Positions 36,660-49,573 of a stretch of DNA of 64,000 nucleotides are shown here, one piece after another. The stretch covers positions 140,244,001 to 140,308,000 of the forward strand of contig NC_042999.1 of assembly GCF_006345805.1 (NCBI RefSeq). The letters are read 5' to 3'. The notes under the pieces were generated by a model that had not been told where the DNA came from, did no database searches, and saw only the letters and a program-made list of their open reading frames with translations. The translations under genes were made by a program, and so were the position numbers. Positions within the stretch are counted from its first letter, which is position 1, and each line of letters opens with the position of its first letter. This DNA comes from Octopus sinensis. Lineage: Eukaryota.

Positions 36660-37010
36660 TACTCTCTTCTGACTGTGCCTTAGAAGGAGGCTCATGAGAG
36701 AAACTTGCCAAATACCAGGTGCTGGTAGAGCAGAAACCAGGGCTGGCAGGCATTTTGAGAGGCAATTGAAATGGGCTACCAGGGTTTTGTGGAGTATTCT
36801 TTCTGCAGACTCTGACTGGGCTTGGGTTTACAGGTGCAGCAAAGAGAAGGACCATCTACAGAAAAGGCCATTGGGTGATTTGCTGCTACTGGAATGCAAG
36901 CTGGGACTTGGTCAACTGGGCAAAGAGGTCTGATGTTGAAAGACCCAGAATTTTTTGAAACCTCAGAAACATCACTTATGATGCATCCTAGAGCATCCAT
37001 GACATGTATC
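36660..37010 (+). mobile_element. 3' fragment of a restriction-like-endonuclease non-LTR element (HERO-like)
   Basis: LTVP*..EAHERK-LAKYQVLVEQ...GWQA..EAIEMGYQGFV resembles the 'ELTVPWE...EAHERK..KY...GW...IEVGCRGF' RLE block. Confidence 0.65.
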
Positions 37011-37064
37011 TTGGAACCAAACTTTGCTTCCAAAATTTATGTCTTGTTAAAACAATATCATTAA

Positions 37065-37285
37065 TGAGGGTTCACAATGTGTATAGTGAAGAATTCAGGG
37101 TACAAGTAGGGGTTCATCAATGATCAATCCTCAGCCCCCTCTTGTTCATCATAGTCCTCCAGGCAATAACAAAGGAATTCAAAATAGGCTGCCCCTGGGA
37201 GCTCCTTATAGCTGAATCACTACCAGAACTAGAGAAGAAGCAAGGTCTATAATTGAAGGGCCTTAGTGTTAACCTAGCAAAAACC
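37065..37285 (+). mobile_element. RTE RT fragment
   Basis: SEEFRVQVGVHQ*SILSPLLFIIVLQAITKEFKIGCPWELL. Confidence 0.8.
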
Positions 37286-37559
37286 ATTCAAATTCTGCTG
37301 GGATTGACTTTTTCAATGAAATAAGTACCAAAAGGTAAAGTTGATTTAGGCGACTGTAGTCTCCTTCAAAATGTGTAGCCTTGTGCCTTTGTTAGAAATT
37401 AGTGCATCTATGATATTCTGGATTAGTTTCTATGTAGAAAGCATATTGAACAATTTTTATATTATTCAACGTAATTCTTTAATGATTAAGGTTTGAAAAC
37501 TGCTCATAGATATCGTTCTTGTAACAGATGTTCATTTTGTTGATGGTTCTCATATCTGA

Positions 37560-37780
37560 TGTTTTACTGTAGGTTTTAACAACTGTTCACTTGAATGTAT
37601 GTATGTAAGGCATGGCTGTGTGATAAAGAAGTTTGCTTCCCCAATATACAGCTTCAAGTTCGGTCCAATCATGTAGTACCTCGGGCAAGTATCTTCTACT
37701 ATATCCTGGGGCTGACAAAAACCATGTGAGTGGATTTGGTAAACAAGCTGAAAGAAGCCCATTCTATATGTTTTTATGCA
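37560..37780 (-). mobile_element. tRNA-derived SINE family A, decayed
   Basis: Reverse complement resembles GGCTGTGTGGTAAGAAG...GGGCAAGT...CTATA...GTGAGTGGATTTGGTA of the family. Confidence 0.6.
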
Positions 37781-37786
37781 TATATA

Positions 37787-39230
37787 CACCCAGAACCATG
37801 CTAATAGCATAGAAGTGAAATTTAGGATTTCTCGGTTTTCTGTGAATCGATTTTGATAAAACTTTTCCCAGCTGGTTTGTGTACTATGCCAACATCATTG
37901 TTATGTTTTCATTATTCTGTGTAACATCCTTTCTTTTTTATTTCAAATTCTTCAGTTTTTGGGTGAACCATGCTAATAGCTTTTGAATAAAAATAGCCCA
38001 TCTAAACATTTTTTTTACAGAAAATGAAGGGTGAAGATACATATTAAGCATACATTGAGTATATATTTAACAGAAAACCATAATAATAATATTATTGATA
38101 CAATGAATTATTTAGGCATATGAGTGCCATATCGACAGATAACTTTAAAAACCCTATTAGTCATGGAATCTGTCAATTTCTTAATAGTAGCAGGTTGGAC
38201 TGCCTCTGCTGCAGCTTTGATGGTCACCCATAAGACATTTTTTGATGTAAATTGGCATCCATCGGCTTAAACATCTTATGGACCAAAGATTTTTGATAGG
38301 GTTGAGATCTGGAGATGATGACAGCCACACCATCAACCCTTCACCTTGTATGCCGTAAGACTCTAGTAGAAGTGACAGCAGTATGTCATTTAGCCAGGGA
38401 TCCAAGACCTTCAGGAGATTGCAGTAGGCAGCTGCAGTCACTTTAACCCCTTCAGGCACCCTGACTGGGCCAACAACTCTGTCCCCATGACCCATCCATC
38501 CTGTTTTTGACATTGTAAACATTGGTGATGCTCATCTCCGAAATAGACCCAACCATTTGCCCAACCATCAGGCCTGTCAAAGGATGCTCTGGTTTCGTCA
38601 GTGAACAGAACACAGCTCATGCCTAATGTCATGTACTTTTGGGTCCATTGAAGTCTCAAAGTCCTGTGAGGAGGCAGTTTCAGGAGTTCTCGCATGGAAG
38701 CCATGGTCAAGAGGATACAATTTCTGGTGGTTTTCGGTACATGAGGAAATCCAGAGGCAGTGAGAAAGGCTTTGCTTGTTTGTCCAGGTTTACCACATAA
38801 TTTGCAACCAATATTCCTTAAATCCCTAGCTGTCACAGTCTTGGAGGTCCCACAATCAAATCATTTCTTCCTTGGTTTTCATGGGACTAAATAATTCATT
38901 GTGTCAATAAATTTTAGAATATTATTGTGGTTTTCTGTTAAATATATACTCAATGTATGCTTAATAGGTATCATTACCTTCCATTTTATTGAAAAAAAAA
39001 AAAGAAATATCTAGATGAGCTATTTTCATTCAAAAGCTATTAGCATGGTTCACCCAAAAACTGAAGAAGAATCTGAAATAAGAAAGAAAGGATGTTACAC
39101 GGAATAATGAAAACATAACAATGGTGTTACCAGTGTGCAAACCAGATGGGAAAAGTCTTATCAAAATTGATTCACAGAAAACCAAGAAATCCTAAATTTC
39201 ACTCCTAAGCTATTAGCATGGTTCTGGGTG
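37787..39230 (-). mobile_element. Tc1-family (DD34E) transposon, 1444 bp, ~330-bp IR/DR-type TIRs and TA TSD, non-autonomous
   Basis: TA|CACCCAGAACC...GGTTCTGGGTG|TA. TIRs at 37787-38115 and 38887-39230, each with two AACCATGCTAATAGC repeats. Transposase motifs VLFTDETRASFDRPDGW and SSPDLNPIKNLW. Confidence 0.93.
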
Positions 39231-39468
39231 TATATATGTATATATGTACATATATACACATATATAGCAGGAAAGCCAAGAATAACATATAATGACGAGG
39301 CGATGAGAGCTTCGCCTAGTAAATTATTTTATTTGCTGAAGATTGCTTGAAACCATGGCACAGGAAATAGAGGGTAAATGTTTTTATTTTTCATTCCCTT
39401 TCGAAATTACCCCTAATAGTGGTTTGGAGTTTGTTTTCTAAATTTTTTTTTTGCTACTCTGGAATTTA

Positions 39469-39471
<3 letters not shown>

Positions 39472-39512
<41 letters not shown>
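39472..39512. repeat. (TA)n microsatellite
   Basis: About 20 TA units. Confidence 0.95.
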
Positions 39513-39516
<4 letters not shown>

Positions 39517-42500
39517 TAGTAGGGAGCATTGTCAAACACCTAGAAGAGCTGTGTGTACGCACGCACACGTGCACACACACACACGTTAGAATATTGCAGC
39601 TAATTGACAGTGTCTTTGGGTGCTAGATAGAATGCTTTCCAGTATTTCTTCCAATTCTCTGCATTCTGAGTTCATATCTGTCCAGGCCCAACTTTGTTTT
39701 CTATTCTTTTAGGGTTGATTAAAAAAAAAAAGTCCAGGTTGGTGGCTTAGCAGAACTGTCAGAGCATCAGGCTGTTTTGGCTCATTGCTTTCTGACAGCA
39801 ATGCATGCAATGATACTGGTACCAAGTGATGTAGAGAGGGGAAATTTGCATGCATGGACAACTGTGTGTTTTTCACAAGACTAACAGTTGCCCATGTCTA
39901 ACAGACTAACAGTTGCCATTTCCTAGATCAAAAATATATGATCAGTCATGACCAGAAGAGAGCTAATATTTGTGTGTGTGTGTGTTGATGGTGCACATAG
40001 CTGAAAGGTAAAGCTCTTCACTTTGCTATCATTAGGCCATCTTGTGTAAGTATCATTTATCACAGCCTCAGATTAACCAAAGTGAATGAAATTGGGTAGA
40101 AAAATTGGAATCATGTCCTGTGGACAATATCTGTATTACAAAGTACCAGCCTTATCACATAGCATTTCAAGCTGATTCTGCATGCGAATTATGTGGAATC
40201 TCAGTTACTATGTTACTATTCAGTGAGTTGGCCTTTAAATTGATTGAACAACTGGAATACTCTTTGCTGAAACCAATGGAGGATTCATTTACTTACGTTC
40301 ACTTAGTGTTTGTTTGGTTAAATAATTGTGTGTGTATGTGTCACTGAATTAATGTTTGTTTTTTAACACTTTTACCACACATTTAAATAAATGACATCAT
40401 ACTACTTACCAGCTGGACTTGAGTTTCTGGTCTTTAGTAAATAAATTAACAATGAGAGCTTGCTAATTTTTTATTTATTTTTTAAGCTAGATAAATACCA
40501 AAATGGAGTTCTAAAGTTTATGACCTGAAACTATACATGATTGAAGAGATGTTAAAAGACAAATGTTATTTCATCATATACATCTTTAATCATTATCATT
40601 TACACCCCATTTTTCTTACCAGTATGTATGTGTTGGACCACACTTTTTGAGGCAGATTCCCCTTTAGTTGCCTCTTATGACATCTGGGATGTAGTGTAGC
40701 TATTCTAAATACTGTTTTACAATAATTTCTAACATAGGCATAAGGCCACAAATTTGGAGTAGGAAGGTAGTGATTAAATCAACCCCAGTACTAGACTGGT
40801 AATTCATTTTATTGACAGTATGACTTGAACTCAACATGTAGAGCCAGAACTAATAATAAAAAATAAAGTTAGAATAAATAAAGCTACCAGCTTTTGCCTT
40901 TTGTACAAGAACCATCCTTCATTGCTACCATAGTCACTCTGTCCATGCAAACAACCAACTAATTGAATATTTTAGCTAGTCTTTTACTGAATGTAAAGTA
41001 ATTTGTCTCTAATCAATTGAACATCTGTTTCATTTGTGACACATTTCATAAGAAGGGAATATATTAAGTGAGAGAGAAATGTATGCGACGATAGATGTGA
41101 TGGTTGGACTGGAAATCAAAAAATGATGATGATAATGGTTTCAAATTTTGGCACAGGGATAGCATTTTATAATGGGAGGTGGAAGTCGATTACATCAACC
41201 TCAGTATTTGACTGGTATTTCAACCCTAAAATGATGAAAGGCTTAGTTGATCTTGGCAGAATTTGAAATCAGAATGTAATGACAAATGAAATGCCACTAA
41301 GCATGTTGTCTGGTGTGCTAATGATTCAGCCAGCTACTTAGCAGCACATATAATATGGTTATACCGCAAGAAAGCAGAACTGTCATATCAGAGTCGAAAG
41401 CAATTAATGGGTTACAGGAGTCAAGAGTTGGAGGTGGGGGATGCCTGCTCTAACTCTAAAGAAATATAAAGTGTTATATAATATGCTAAAATTTCCAGTT
41501 TCATAGATATTAATCTGACTTTTTTCTGCATAGAAAATAATCAGATCAGATTTAAAGGTTTTGATGAAAGTGGTGGCAATTTAGTTTCTAAAAATAGTAA
41601 ATCTTTAGATTTGGATTTTTGATTTAACTATTCAGTTGATACAATATTTAAAATAACAAAATAGTGAAGGTGGAGGGCTTTTTACAATGTAAAACGGATA
41701 AAGTTTAATAACTTTTATATATTTCAGGCACAAAGGTCCATCATCAGAAGTAAACAGTTAAGAAATGTTTGCCTACATGGTCACTGATGTATGGACTAAC
41801 ATTTCTTGACTGTTTACTTCTGTTGCTAGGCATTTGTGCTTGAAATATATAAAGGTAAAATGTTACTGAGCTTTTCCTTTTTTGCATTGTAAGATCTCTC
41901 TCTCTCTCTCTCTCTTCACTGTATTGCTATTTTACTGCTTTATCACAATGCTTCAAGCAAGCTACAATGGTCATTTGTTAAGTGTTCACTTGTTTAGTTT
42001 TCTCTTTTGTATGCTTTAGAATTTTGAATTGGTTAACAAAGATGTTCCTGATTTTATTTTGTTATATTCTTATGGTTTATTTCTTTTATGCCTATTTATT
42101 TTGTAACCTCTTTAAATTTTGTAAGTTTTGTCTTATGCTTAACTGTTTGTAATTTCATTTAAAAAGCTACAACAGTTGAACTCTGGCCTTTGAACCAAAC
42201 CTTTAACAGGTTCAGCTGCTAAAGAGTAGGTTGATGGTTCAGATTGTCCATATTTGTTGTATGCTGTCAATCAGTGTATAAAGTATATGATTGCTTTAAT
42301 TACAAATAGAGGAGTTAGAGTTGGTGTTAAAAGTTTTATATTCCAGCTCCACAGCTTTACAAGAATGTATACATGTACTTTGACTTTGCTCTGTTTTCCT
42401 GGCATTGTACAGATGAAACAAATCTTTCCTTACACTTGAGACATTACTCTATCTCCATAACTTTCTTAAGAAAATTATTTTAAAGTAGTTTCTCAATGCC

Positions 42501-43839
42501 TTTCTCAGATCCATAGCAGAATCTCAGCATAAATGTAGCTTGCTTAGGAGATTAAATGCTCTGGCTGCTTACAGTGATAAACTGTGCCTCTCTATAATAC
42601 TTATTTATGGAAGAATGGATGATATTTAAACATCTAGGTTAGAGAACAAAGTTCGTGGTTAGTGGCAGAATATAGTTTGGCAGAATCATATTGGGAATGG
42701 ATGATATGGGGTGAGTAACAAAGTATTGTGGGTTTTTGGTGTTAAAAGCTTTCAGTGGAAGTAGATCAAGGAGGATGAATGATGAATTAGCTGTTTTGAG
42801 CTTCACAGATGAAATGATAAAAGATGTTTGGATAGATATTTCTGGCTGAAATCAGCAGTGAAGAAAAAAAAATCTTAAATGATGATTATGTGTATGTATA
42901 CACACATGTACATATATTTGTATATATACATATGTTTGAATGCATGCAAATACACAAGTATAGAAATATATATATACATACATACATATATAATGCAGAC
43001 ATTACATATGTGTGTGTGTGTGTGAAACTAACTTGAAAGTCAGTTGGTTTATCTTTAATGTTCAGAAGATATCAAAAGGTGATCAAGAATTGATATTTCC
43101 CAGAAAACCCAGCATCTATTCACCAAAGCTATGTGAACTGAGATATTTTACTATGAAATATCCTGCCTAGAAACTACAAAATATCTGCATCAGATGGCAA
43201 CTTTTCAAACCACTAACTGCAACCAACCAAAGAAAGAAAAAAAAAAAGTGAAATTTTTTTTCCTGTTTTAGAAGGCAGAAGGTAGAATAGAGTTTGCATT
43301 CATCTAATTCTGCCATCTTTATCATGGTATTGAACAAGTTTAAAATTGTCTTAATTTTATTAAACATGGAAAATTGTCTACCACTTTTTGACCCTCCACA
43401 GCCTCCCCTGGTGGATGGCAAGATGCTTCCCACTTACGAGAAACACTGGCTTAATTTATTATTCTCATGGCCATTCTACCTCTACATACTACTGTGTCCT
43501 GATTGGATGCACTTTTATTCACTACAGGTTATTTACACTATTAAAATATGAAATATTCTACTAATGCTGAACCTGAATTTGTAGTACAGTGTGTTAGACA
43601 CCAGATTGTTATTAAAATGTAGAGGGAAACAATTTTTTTTTTTTATATTGGTAGAAGATAAATTTTCAAGAGAAATCCTATAGAGTTTTATATGGTTACA
43701 CAGAAAATACCTAAAGAACAATTCTGAGCCATTTATTGCTACTTTTTAGCCTGGGCAAAGCTTAGGTATTCTGCTAGTACATATATATTTAGTAATTAAC
43801 TATGATATAATAGCTAAGATTTATATGTGTGTATGTGTA

Positions 43840-44100
43840 GGTACATGGCTTTGTAGTTAGGGATATTCAGCTCATGGTCATAAGGTTTGTGAGTTCGATT
43901 TCTGGTGGTGTTGTGTGTCCTTGAGCAAGACACTTTATTTCACGTCATCAGTTTACTCAGCTGGCAAAAATGAGTAATACTTGTATGTCAAAGAGCCAGC
44001 CTTGTTACATCCTGTATTGTGCTGAATCTCCCTGAGAACTATGTTAAGTGTATGTGTGTCTGTGGAGTACTCAACCACTTGCACGTTAATTTCACAAGCA
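43840..44100 (+). mobile_element. tRNA-derived SINE family B, truncated by or fused to a family A SINE
   Basis: GTACATGGCTTTGTAGTTAGG...GAGTTCGATTTC...GTGTCCTTGAGCAAGACACTTTATTTCACG; junction at GCAGGCTGT. Confidence 0.75.
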
Positions 44101-44184
44101 GGCTGTATGGTAAGAAGCTTGCTTCCCAACCACATGGTTCTGGGTTCTGTCTCACTGTATTTCACTTTGGGCAAGTGTCTTCTA

Positions 44185-45491
44185 TCAGGTCATTAAGAAT
44201 GAAATGTCCAATTTTGAACTGAAAGTTTATTTTATCTCAACAAAAAGCAATGCAGTTAATCAAAGTATGCACCTAAATTACCAACACAATTTTGCCATTT
44301 TATCAGTAGCTTATTTATGACAGCAGCAAACAATTTTGAAGAACAAGAGTTGATGAAATCACGAAAGGCTGTTTTTGCATCTTCTTCAGATTTGAAGTTT
44401 ATTCCTTGCAAAAAGTTGTCTAATGCCTGGAAATTGTGATAGTCAGTTGGTGCAAGATCAGGTGATAGTCAGTTGGTGCAAGATCAGGTGAATATGGTGG
44501 ATGACAGAGTACTATAGAACTTGCAATTAAACAACTGAGATTGATCAATAGAGACAGGCTAATTCTCTTGCAAGATAATGCTCAACCACATGTTGCACAA
44601 GAAACACTACTCAAATTACAGGAACTGAATTTGAAAGTTCAGTTCCTGTAATTTGAGTAGTGTTTCTTGTGCAACATGTGGTTGAGCATTATCTTGCAAG
44701 AGAATTAGCCTGTCTCTATTGATCAATCTCAGTTGTTTAATTGCAAGTTCTATAGTGGATGACACTAGTGCTGGACCGCCAAACAGATACTATTAGCTTT
44801 TATTGGTAAATATTCTTTTTTGGATTGTGTTTTGGCATTTCATCTCTACCCAACCACCATGCAGAATGCTTTCTATTGTGTAACAATAGGATGCAAAAAT
44901 GGTCTGCTTTTATGCTGTAACAGTGAAGAACAGCAAGTTTTAAGATGACATGTCATTTGATGCCCGTTCAGTTCATGTGGTACCCACTTGTCCAGCTTCT
45001 TTACCTTGCCAATTTGTTTCAGATGTTCCTATACAGTTGTAATCGAAACATCAAACCTTGCTGCTAACTCACATGTAGTTTGAGTTGTATCCACTTCCAC
45101 TACAGTTTCCAGCTCATAGTTATCCACCTTGGTCTCAAGTCTACCATGGGGCTGATTTTCAAGAGTAAAGTCACAGACCAGAACTTTTCAAATCATTGAC
45201 ATACAATGTGCTCATTCACCATATTGTCATCAAACACCTCATGTTTCGAGCTGTCTGAGATGCATTGGTTCCATGACGGAATTCATAGTCATAAACAACA
45301 TGAATTTTTTATCTATCCATGGGTTCACAAAAATTGATTTACGAGAGAAAACTCACAATATAATCAGACACAATGAATTGCATTTTGAAAAGTGATGATT
45401 TGTAAAACAAAGAATTGTCGAGATAAAACAGAGTTAACGATTGTGAAACTTAGTGCATAAGAAAATCGGACATTCATTCTTAATGACCTGA
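44185..45491 (-). mobile_element. Full-span decayed mariner (1307 bp) with TIRs and TA TSD
   Basis: TA|TCAGGTCATTAAGAATGAAATGTCC ... GGACATTCATTCTTAATGACCTGA|TA. Motifs LLQDNAQPH and HPPYSPDLAPTDYH; a 26-bp tandem duplication lies at 44436-44487. Confidence 0.93.
44511..44756. repeat. Perfect 119-bp inverted repeat with 8-nt spacer
   Basis: 44511-44629 is the exact reverse complement of 44638-44756 (checked base by base); the loop is TTTGAAAG. Confidence 0.97.
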
Positions 45492-46777
45492 TACTATAGC
45501 CTCAAGCCGACCAAAGCTTTGTGAGTGGCTTTGGTAGATGGAAACTGAAAGAAGCCTGTTGTATATATATGTGTTTGTGTGTGTGTGTGTATGTTTGTGC
45601 CTCCACCATCACTTGACAACTGATGTTGGTGTGTTTACGTCTCCATAACTTAGTGGTTTGGCAAAAGAGGCCAATAGAATAAGTATTAGGTTTACAAAGA
45701 ATAAGTCCTGGGGTTGATTTGTTTGACTAAAGGCGGTGCTCCAGCATGGCTGCCATCAAATGACTGAAACAAGTAAAAGAAAAAAAGAATATATATATAT
45801 ATATAAAACATCTTTTTTAAATATGGTCTAAAACAGAAGAGAAGAGAGCAGATTCCATTATAAAATGTGAACCATGTATCTGTTGTTTGCTTGACAATTG
45901 TGTTACAGATTACACAAAATGTGTGGGATTTGTTCTGTTTCCTGTTTTCATTCATACATGTATATATCCTGTATAAATGGATGTATAGAAAATAACCATG
46001 CTATTAACATATCTCATATGACATTAGGGATGGATGCAACAGTTTTTTTTTTTATATTTACAAGCAGTTTATGATAATTTTGCAGATGGTGATTTTGTTT
46101 AGTCTCAGCACAGGTTGAAAAAACAAATCTCTTACGTGTAAGTTACAGCTTCGGTCTTTTCATTGAAAAGAGTTGCCCTATTCAGAACCCACTGTCATTT
46201 TGACATCTCTTTTAACTCTCTTCATTTTGCTTTTTTTTTTTTCAAATGGGCTTTCATTTTATCAAAATTTAGCCAAAAGAAGAGAGCTCATAACATTTTA
46301 TTGAGCCAGTACTTAAGATATTTGATATGTTGGTACTGTCTGCTCTTAAAAATGTTTACAGTGTGGCTTTACAGGAGTTTTTTGTTGCTCTCAATGAAAC
46401 CAACAGCTATCCCTGAAAATGTATAAAATTGTGTATTTCTTGCATAAAAAGTTGTTCTAATAGTAATTAGCTGCATAGTTGGAATGTTGATAGAGGTTGA
46501 AATATAAGTAAGCATAATAATGAAAAATACTGTGTGTTGTTTAGCCCTGGTTTAACCTCTATTCAGTAGATCTATGATCAAAAGCTTTCCAGCTATGATC
46601 TTCTAATCTTCATTGTACATCTTGGACTACATTATATACTGTGACCCTCTTTTTATGTAGATTGGATTTGAGGGAGATTTGTCTGCTGTTTCTTGGAGTC
46701 TGGTTCCTCATTGCCTTGACAGAATAATTAAAGTATGCAAATCAGATACGAAAAACTGTTTTATGAAAGGGAACTAA

Positions 46778-47300
46778 TATCATCATCATTTAACGTCCTC
46801 TTTCCATGCTAGCATGGGTTGGACAATTTGACTGGTGAACCAGATGGCTGCACCAGGCTCCAATCATGATCTGGCAGAGTTTCTATAGCTGGATGCCCTT
46901 CCTAACGCCAACCACTCCAAGAGTGTAGTGGGTGCTGTTACCTGCCACCAGCACAGGGGCCAGTCAGGCGGTACTGGCAATGGCCTCGCTCAAGTGTTTT
47001 GTTTACGTGCCACCGGCACAAGTGTCAGTAAGGTGACACTGGTAATGATCACACTCGAATGGTTTACGTGCCACAGGCACTGAAGTCAGTTAGCTGCTCT
47101 GGCAACGATCACGCTCGGATGGTGCTCTTTGTGCCCCACTAGCACGGATGCCAGTCATTGAATTTGATTTCAATTTCACTTGCCTCAACAGGTCTTTGCA
47201 AGCAGAGTTTAGTGTCCAAAGAAGGAAAGGTATGCATAAGTGGGCTGGTTATGCCCCTGGCATAGGCCATGAGGTTATGGTCTCATTTGGCTTGCCAGGT
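46778..47300 (-). mobile_element. RTE-type 3'-tail retroposon with internal repeats
   Basis: (CAT)n-TTTAACGTCCTCTTTCCATGCTAGCATGGG, with repeated ACGTGCCAC units. Confidence 0.85.
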
Positions 47301-47858
47301 CTTCTCAAGCACAGCATATTTCCAAAAGTCTCAGTCACTAGTCATTTCCTCGGTGAGGCCTAAAGTTTGAAAATATGAAAGAAACAGCATGGAATTGTCT
47401 AAATAAACTTTCACCATCTTTGTAATCTTAGTTTTAGTAGTCTTTTGTTGATTTTAATACAATAATATTGATGTTTTCTTTTCAATATGTACATGGAAAC
47501 ACTTATTAGAGAATGGAATAATCAAATATTTTACCATACAATGTTATTGGCTTATTTCATTACTCCACCACCATCAACAACAACAACAATCACAATGTTA
47601 ATTGTTCATTTCAATGATCCTAGTGTATAAATGATACTAATTATATTGACCCTTAGAAAGATAATAGAAAAAATGAGGTAATTTGTACAATGCATTTCTG
47701 TCCTACCACGCTCACTCTAACTAAGGATGATGATATTTTTAGAGCAGAACTATTATTAAGTATTTACAAGTTTTCTAGAAGCTTTTAGTTTTGATTTGTT
47801 GTTTTAAATTTTTCATTGGTGTGTAATTTTTTTCCATTTGTTTATGATTACTTTTCAG

Positions 47859-47931
47859 TTCCAATATCAATATAAATGATGTCTTAGGAGATTATGCATT
47901 GACCCTTGTTGATGCTTTGGACACACTTGCA
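47859..47931 (+). CDS. EDEM1: EDEM1 exon 2
   Basis: TTTTCAG| [24 protein letters not shown] |GTGAGT. Confidence 0.97.
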
Positions 47932-48077
47932 GTGAGTATCCTTATCATATGATCTTTACTTTATAGAAGAACCATAGAATTTAGCTGAACTATGTGACAA
48001 ATAGAAAATTATATATATATGTATGTTTCTTTATTTCCTAATTTGTGTGAAATATTTTTAGCATGTATATGTGTGTG

Positions 48078-48110
<33 letters not shown>

Positions 48111-48357
48111 TCTCTCTCTCTCTCTCTCTTCATACCTTCAGCTGTTACATCCACTCTTTTCAATGTTTAACCCTGCATAATAACTGAAAAAAATATTAAA
48201 GCAAAAGAAGCTGCCAACATTAGGCAAGTTACTTGTTAACTCTAAATTTAAAGCGGTCAGTCATGTTCTATGAAAAACGATGGGAGAGTTTATTCCACAA
48301 TTCAGCCATTATGGTGGTGGTGGTGGTGGGTGAAGCTTTGTGCGTAGAATTTGCACA

Positions 48358-48718
48358 GGCTGTGTGGTAAGAAGCTTGCTTCCTAACCATATGGTTCTGG
48401 GTTCAGTCCCACTGTGTGGTGCCTTGGGCAAGCGTCTTCTATATGACCAAAGCCTTGTGAGTAGATTTAGTTGATGTAAACTGGAAGAAGCCTGTCATTT
48501 ATATGTGCATGTGTGTGTGTGTGCATGTGCATCATTGTGTCTGTGTTTGTCTCCCACCATTGCTTAAGAACCAGTGTTGGTGTGTTTATGTCCCCATAAC
48601 TTAATGTTTTGGGGAAAGTGAATAAGTACCAGGGTCGATTCATTCAACTAAAAATTCTTCGAGGCAGTACCTTGCCATGGCTACAGTCAAATGAATGAAA
48701 CAAGTAAAAGATAAAAGA
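48358..48718 (+). mobile_element. tRNA-derived SINE family A, near full length
   Basis: A-box-like GGCTGTGTGG, B-box-like GGTTCAGTCC (48400), CCTTGGGCAAG core, and 3' CATGGC...GAAACAAGTAAAAGA tail. Confidence 0.85.
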
Positions 48719-49520
48719 TGTCTGTGAGTTGCCTTGGATATACTGATATGAATTACTAAGTTTAATAAACCAGTTCTGATGGGAATTTCCTAGTTGGATG
48801 CGACCAGGGGAGCTGATCTAAGTATGTATGGGAATAACTGTAGAAAAGGGCCAAACTTGCCACACTCCTTTAATGACAGCAACAGGAGTGATGAAAATAG
48901 CTCATCACAAACTGGTCTATTCATTTGATTCTGTATTCTATCAAGAGTAGACAATACATGTTTGGAGGAACCTGCTCAAAAATGTGAATAGCACTCCACT
49001 TTTGGATGGATTGGCTCTTGTAAAAATACAAAAGACCTTCAGGTGTTAGGAACATTGTTGAACATCAGAATGAAGCTACTATTTTACTCACTGCTCTGGC
49101 CCAAAGATGAGTGAGCCCTATCTCAAATTAAGCTGTGAATTTAAGTGTCTATTGAAAGGAGGAAACCCTTTCAAAGAAATCATGTTCGTTGAAAAAGGAA
49201 TAAAATCAGAAATTTCATAATGGTGGTAGGGAAGATATTAGATTGGTCTTAGCAGTATTAAATGCAACCAGTGATCTGCTTCCCTATTGCACAGTCTCAG
49301 GTCAATGGAAAGAGCTACTCCTTGGTGTTTGGCATTCTGAGAGGGGAGACTGTAAAGTGTAGTTTCATCAACAAATATGTCAACAAAGCTCTAGTAAATT
49401 TATCATCTAAATCATTGAGAAGCTGCAGTATGCGTGTGTATGCATATTTCAGTTGGGTGTCTTTACCATCACTAAGTACCAAGTTAAAAAGTAGAAGTTC
49501 AGTCAAGTAGATTGGAGCAC

Positions 49521-49571
<51 letters not shown>
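49521..49571. repeat. (TG)n microsatellite
   Basis: About 25 units with one interruption. Confidence 0.95.

Positions 49572-49573
<2 letters not shown>

Larger units (their letters stand above)
44099..45790 (+). mobile_element. tRNA-derived SINE family A, split by a mariner insertion
   Basis: 5' half ends GGGCAAGTGTCTTC-TA and 3' half resumes TA-CTATAGCC; it ends GGCGGTGCTCCAGCATGGC...GAAACAAGTAAAAGA. Confidence 0.85.

Noticed and set aside
39297-39372. Second hammerhead-like motif CTGAAGA-TTGCTT-GAAAC with an adjacent AGGCGA/TCGCCT hairpin
   Set aside because: Stem II lacks the G-C closing pair, there is no GUH cleavage triplet, and stem I pairing is poor. It is compatible with chance or extreme decay.
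41337-41352. U6 snRNA 5'-like GCAGCACATATA
   Set aside because: Only a 12-nt match at the edge of a SINE; the rest of U6 is absent.
48358-48440. tRNA genes at the A/B-box-containing heads (also 30200-30290, 43840-43920 and 44099-44170)
   Set aside because: They continue into SINE bodies and tails and do not form a complete cloverleaf.
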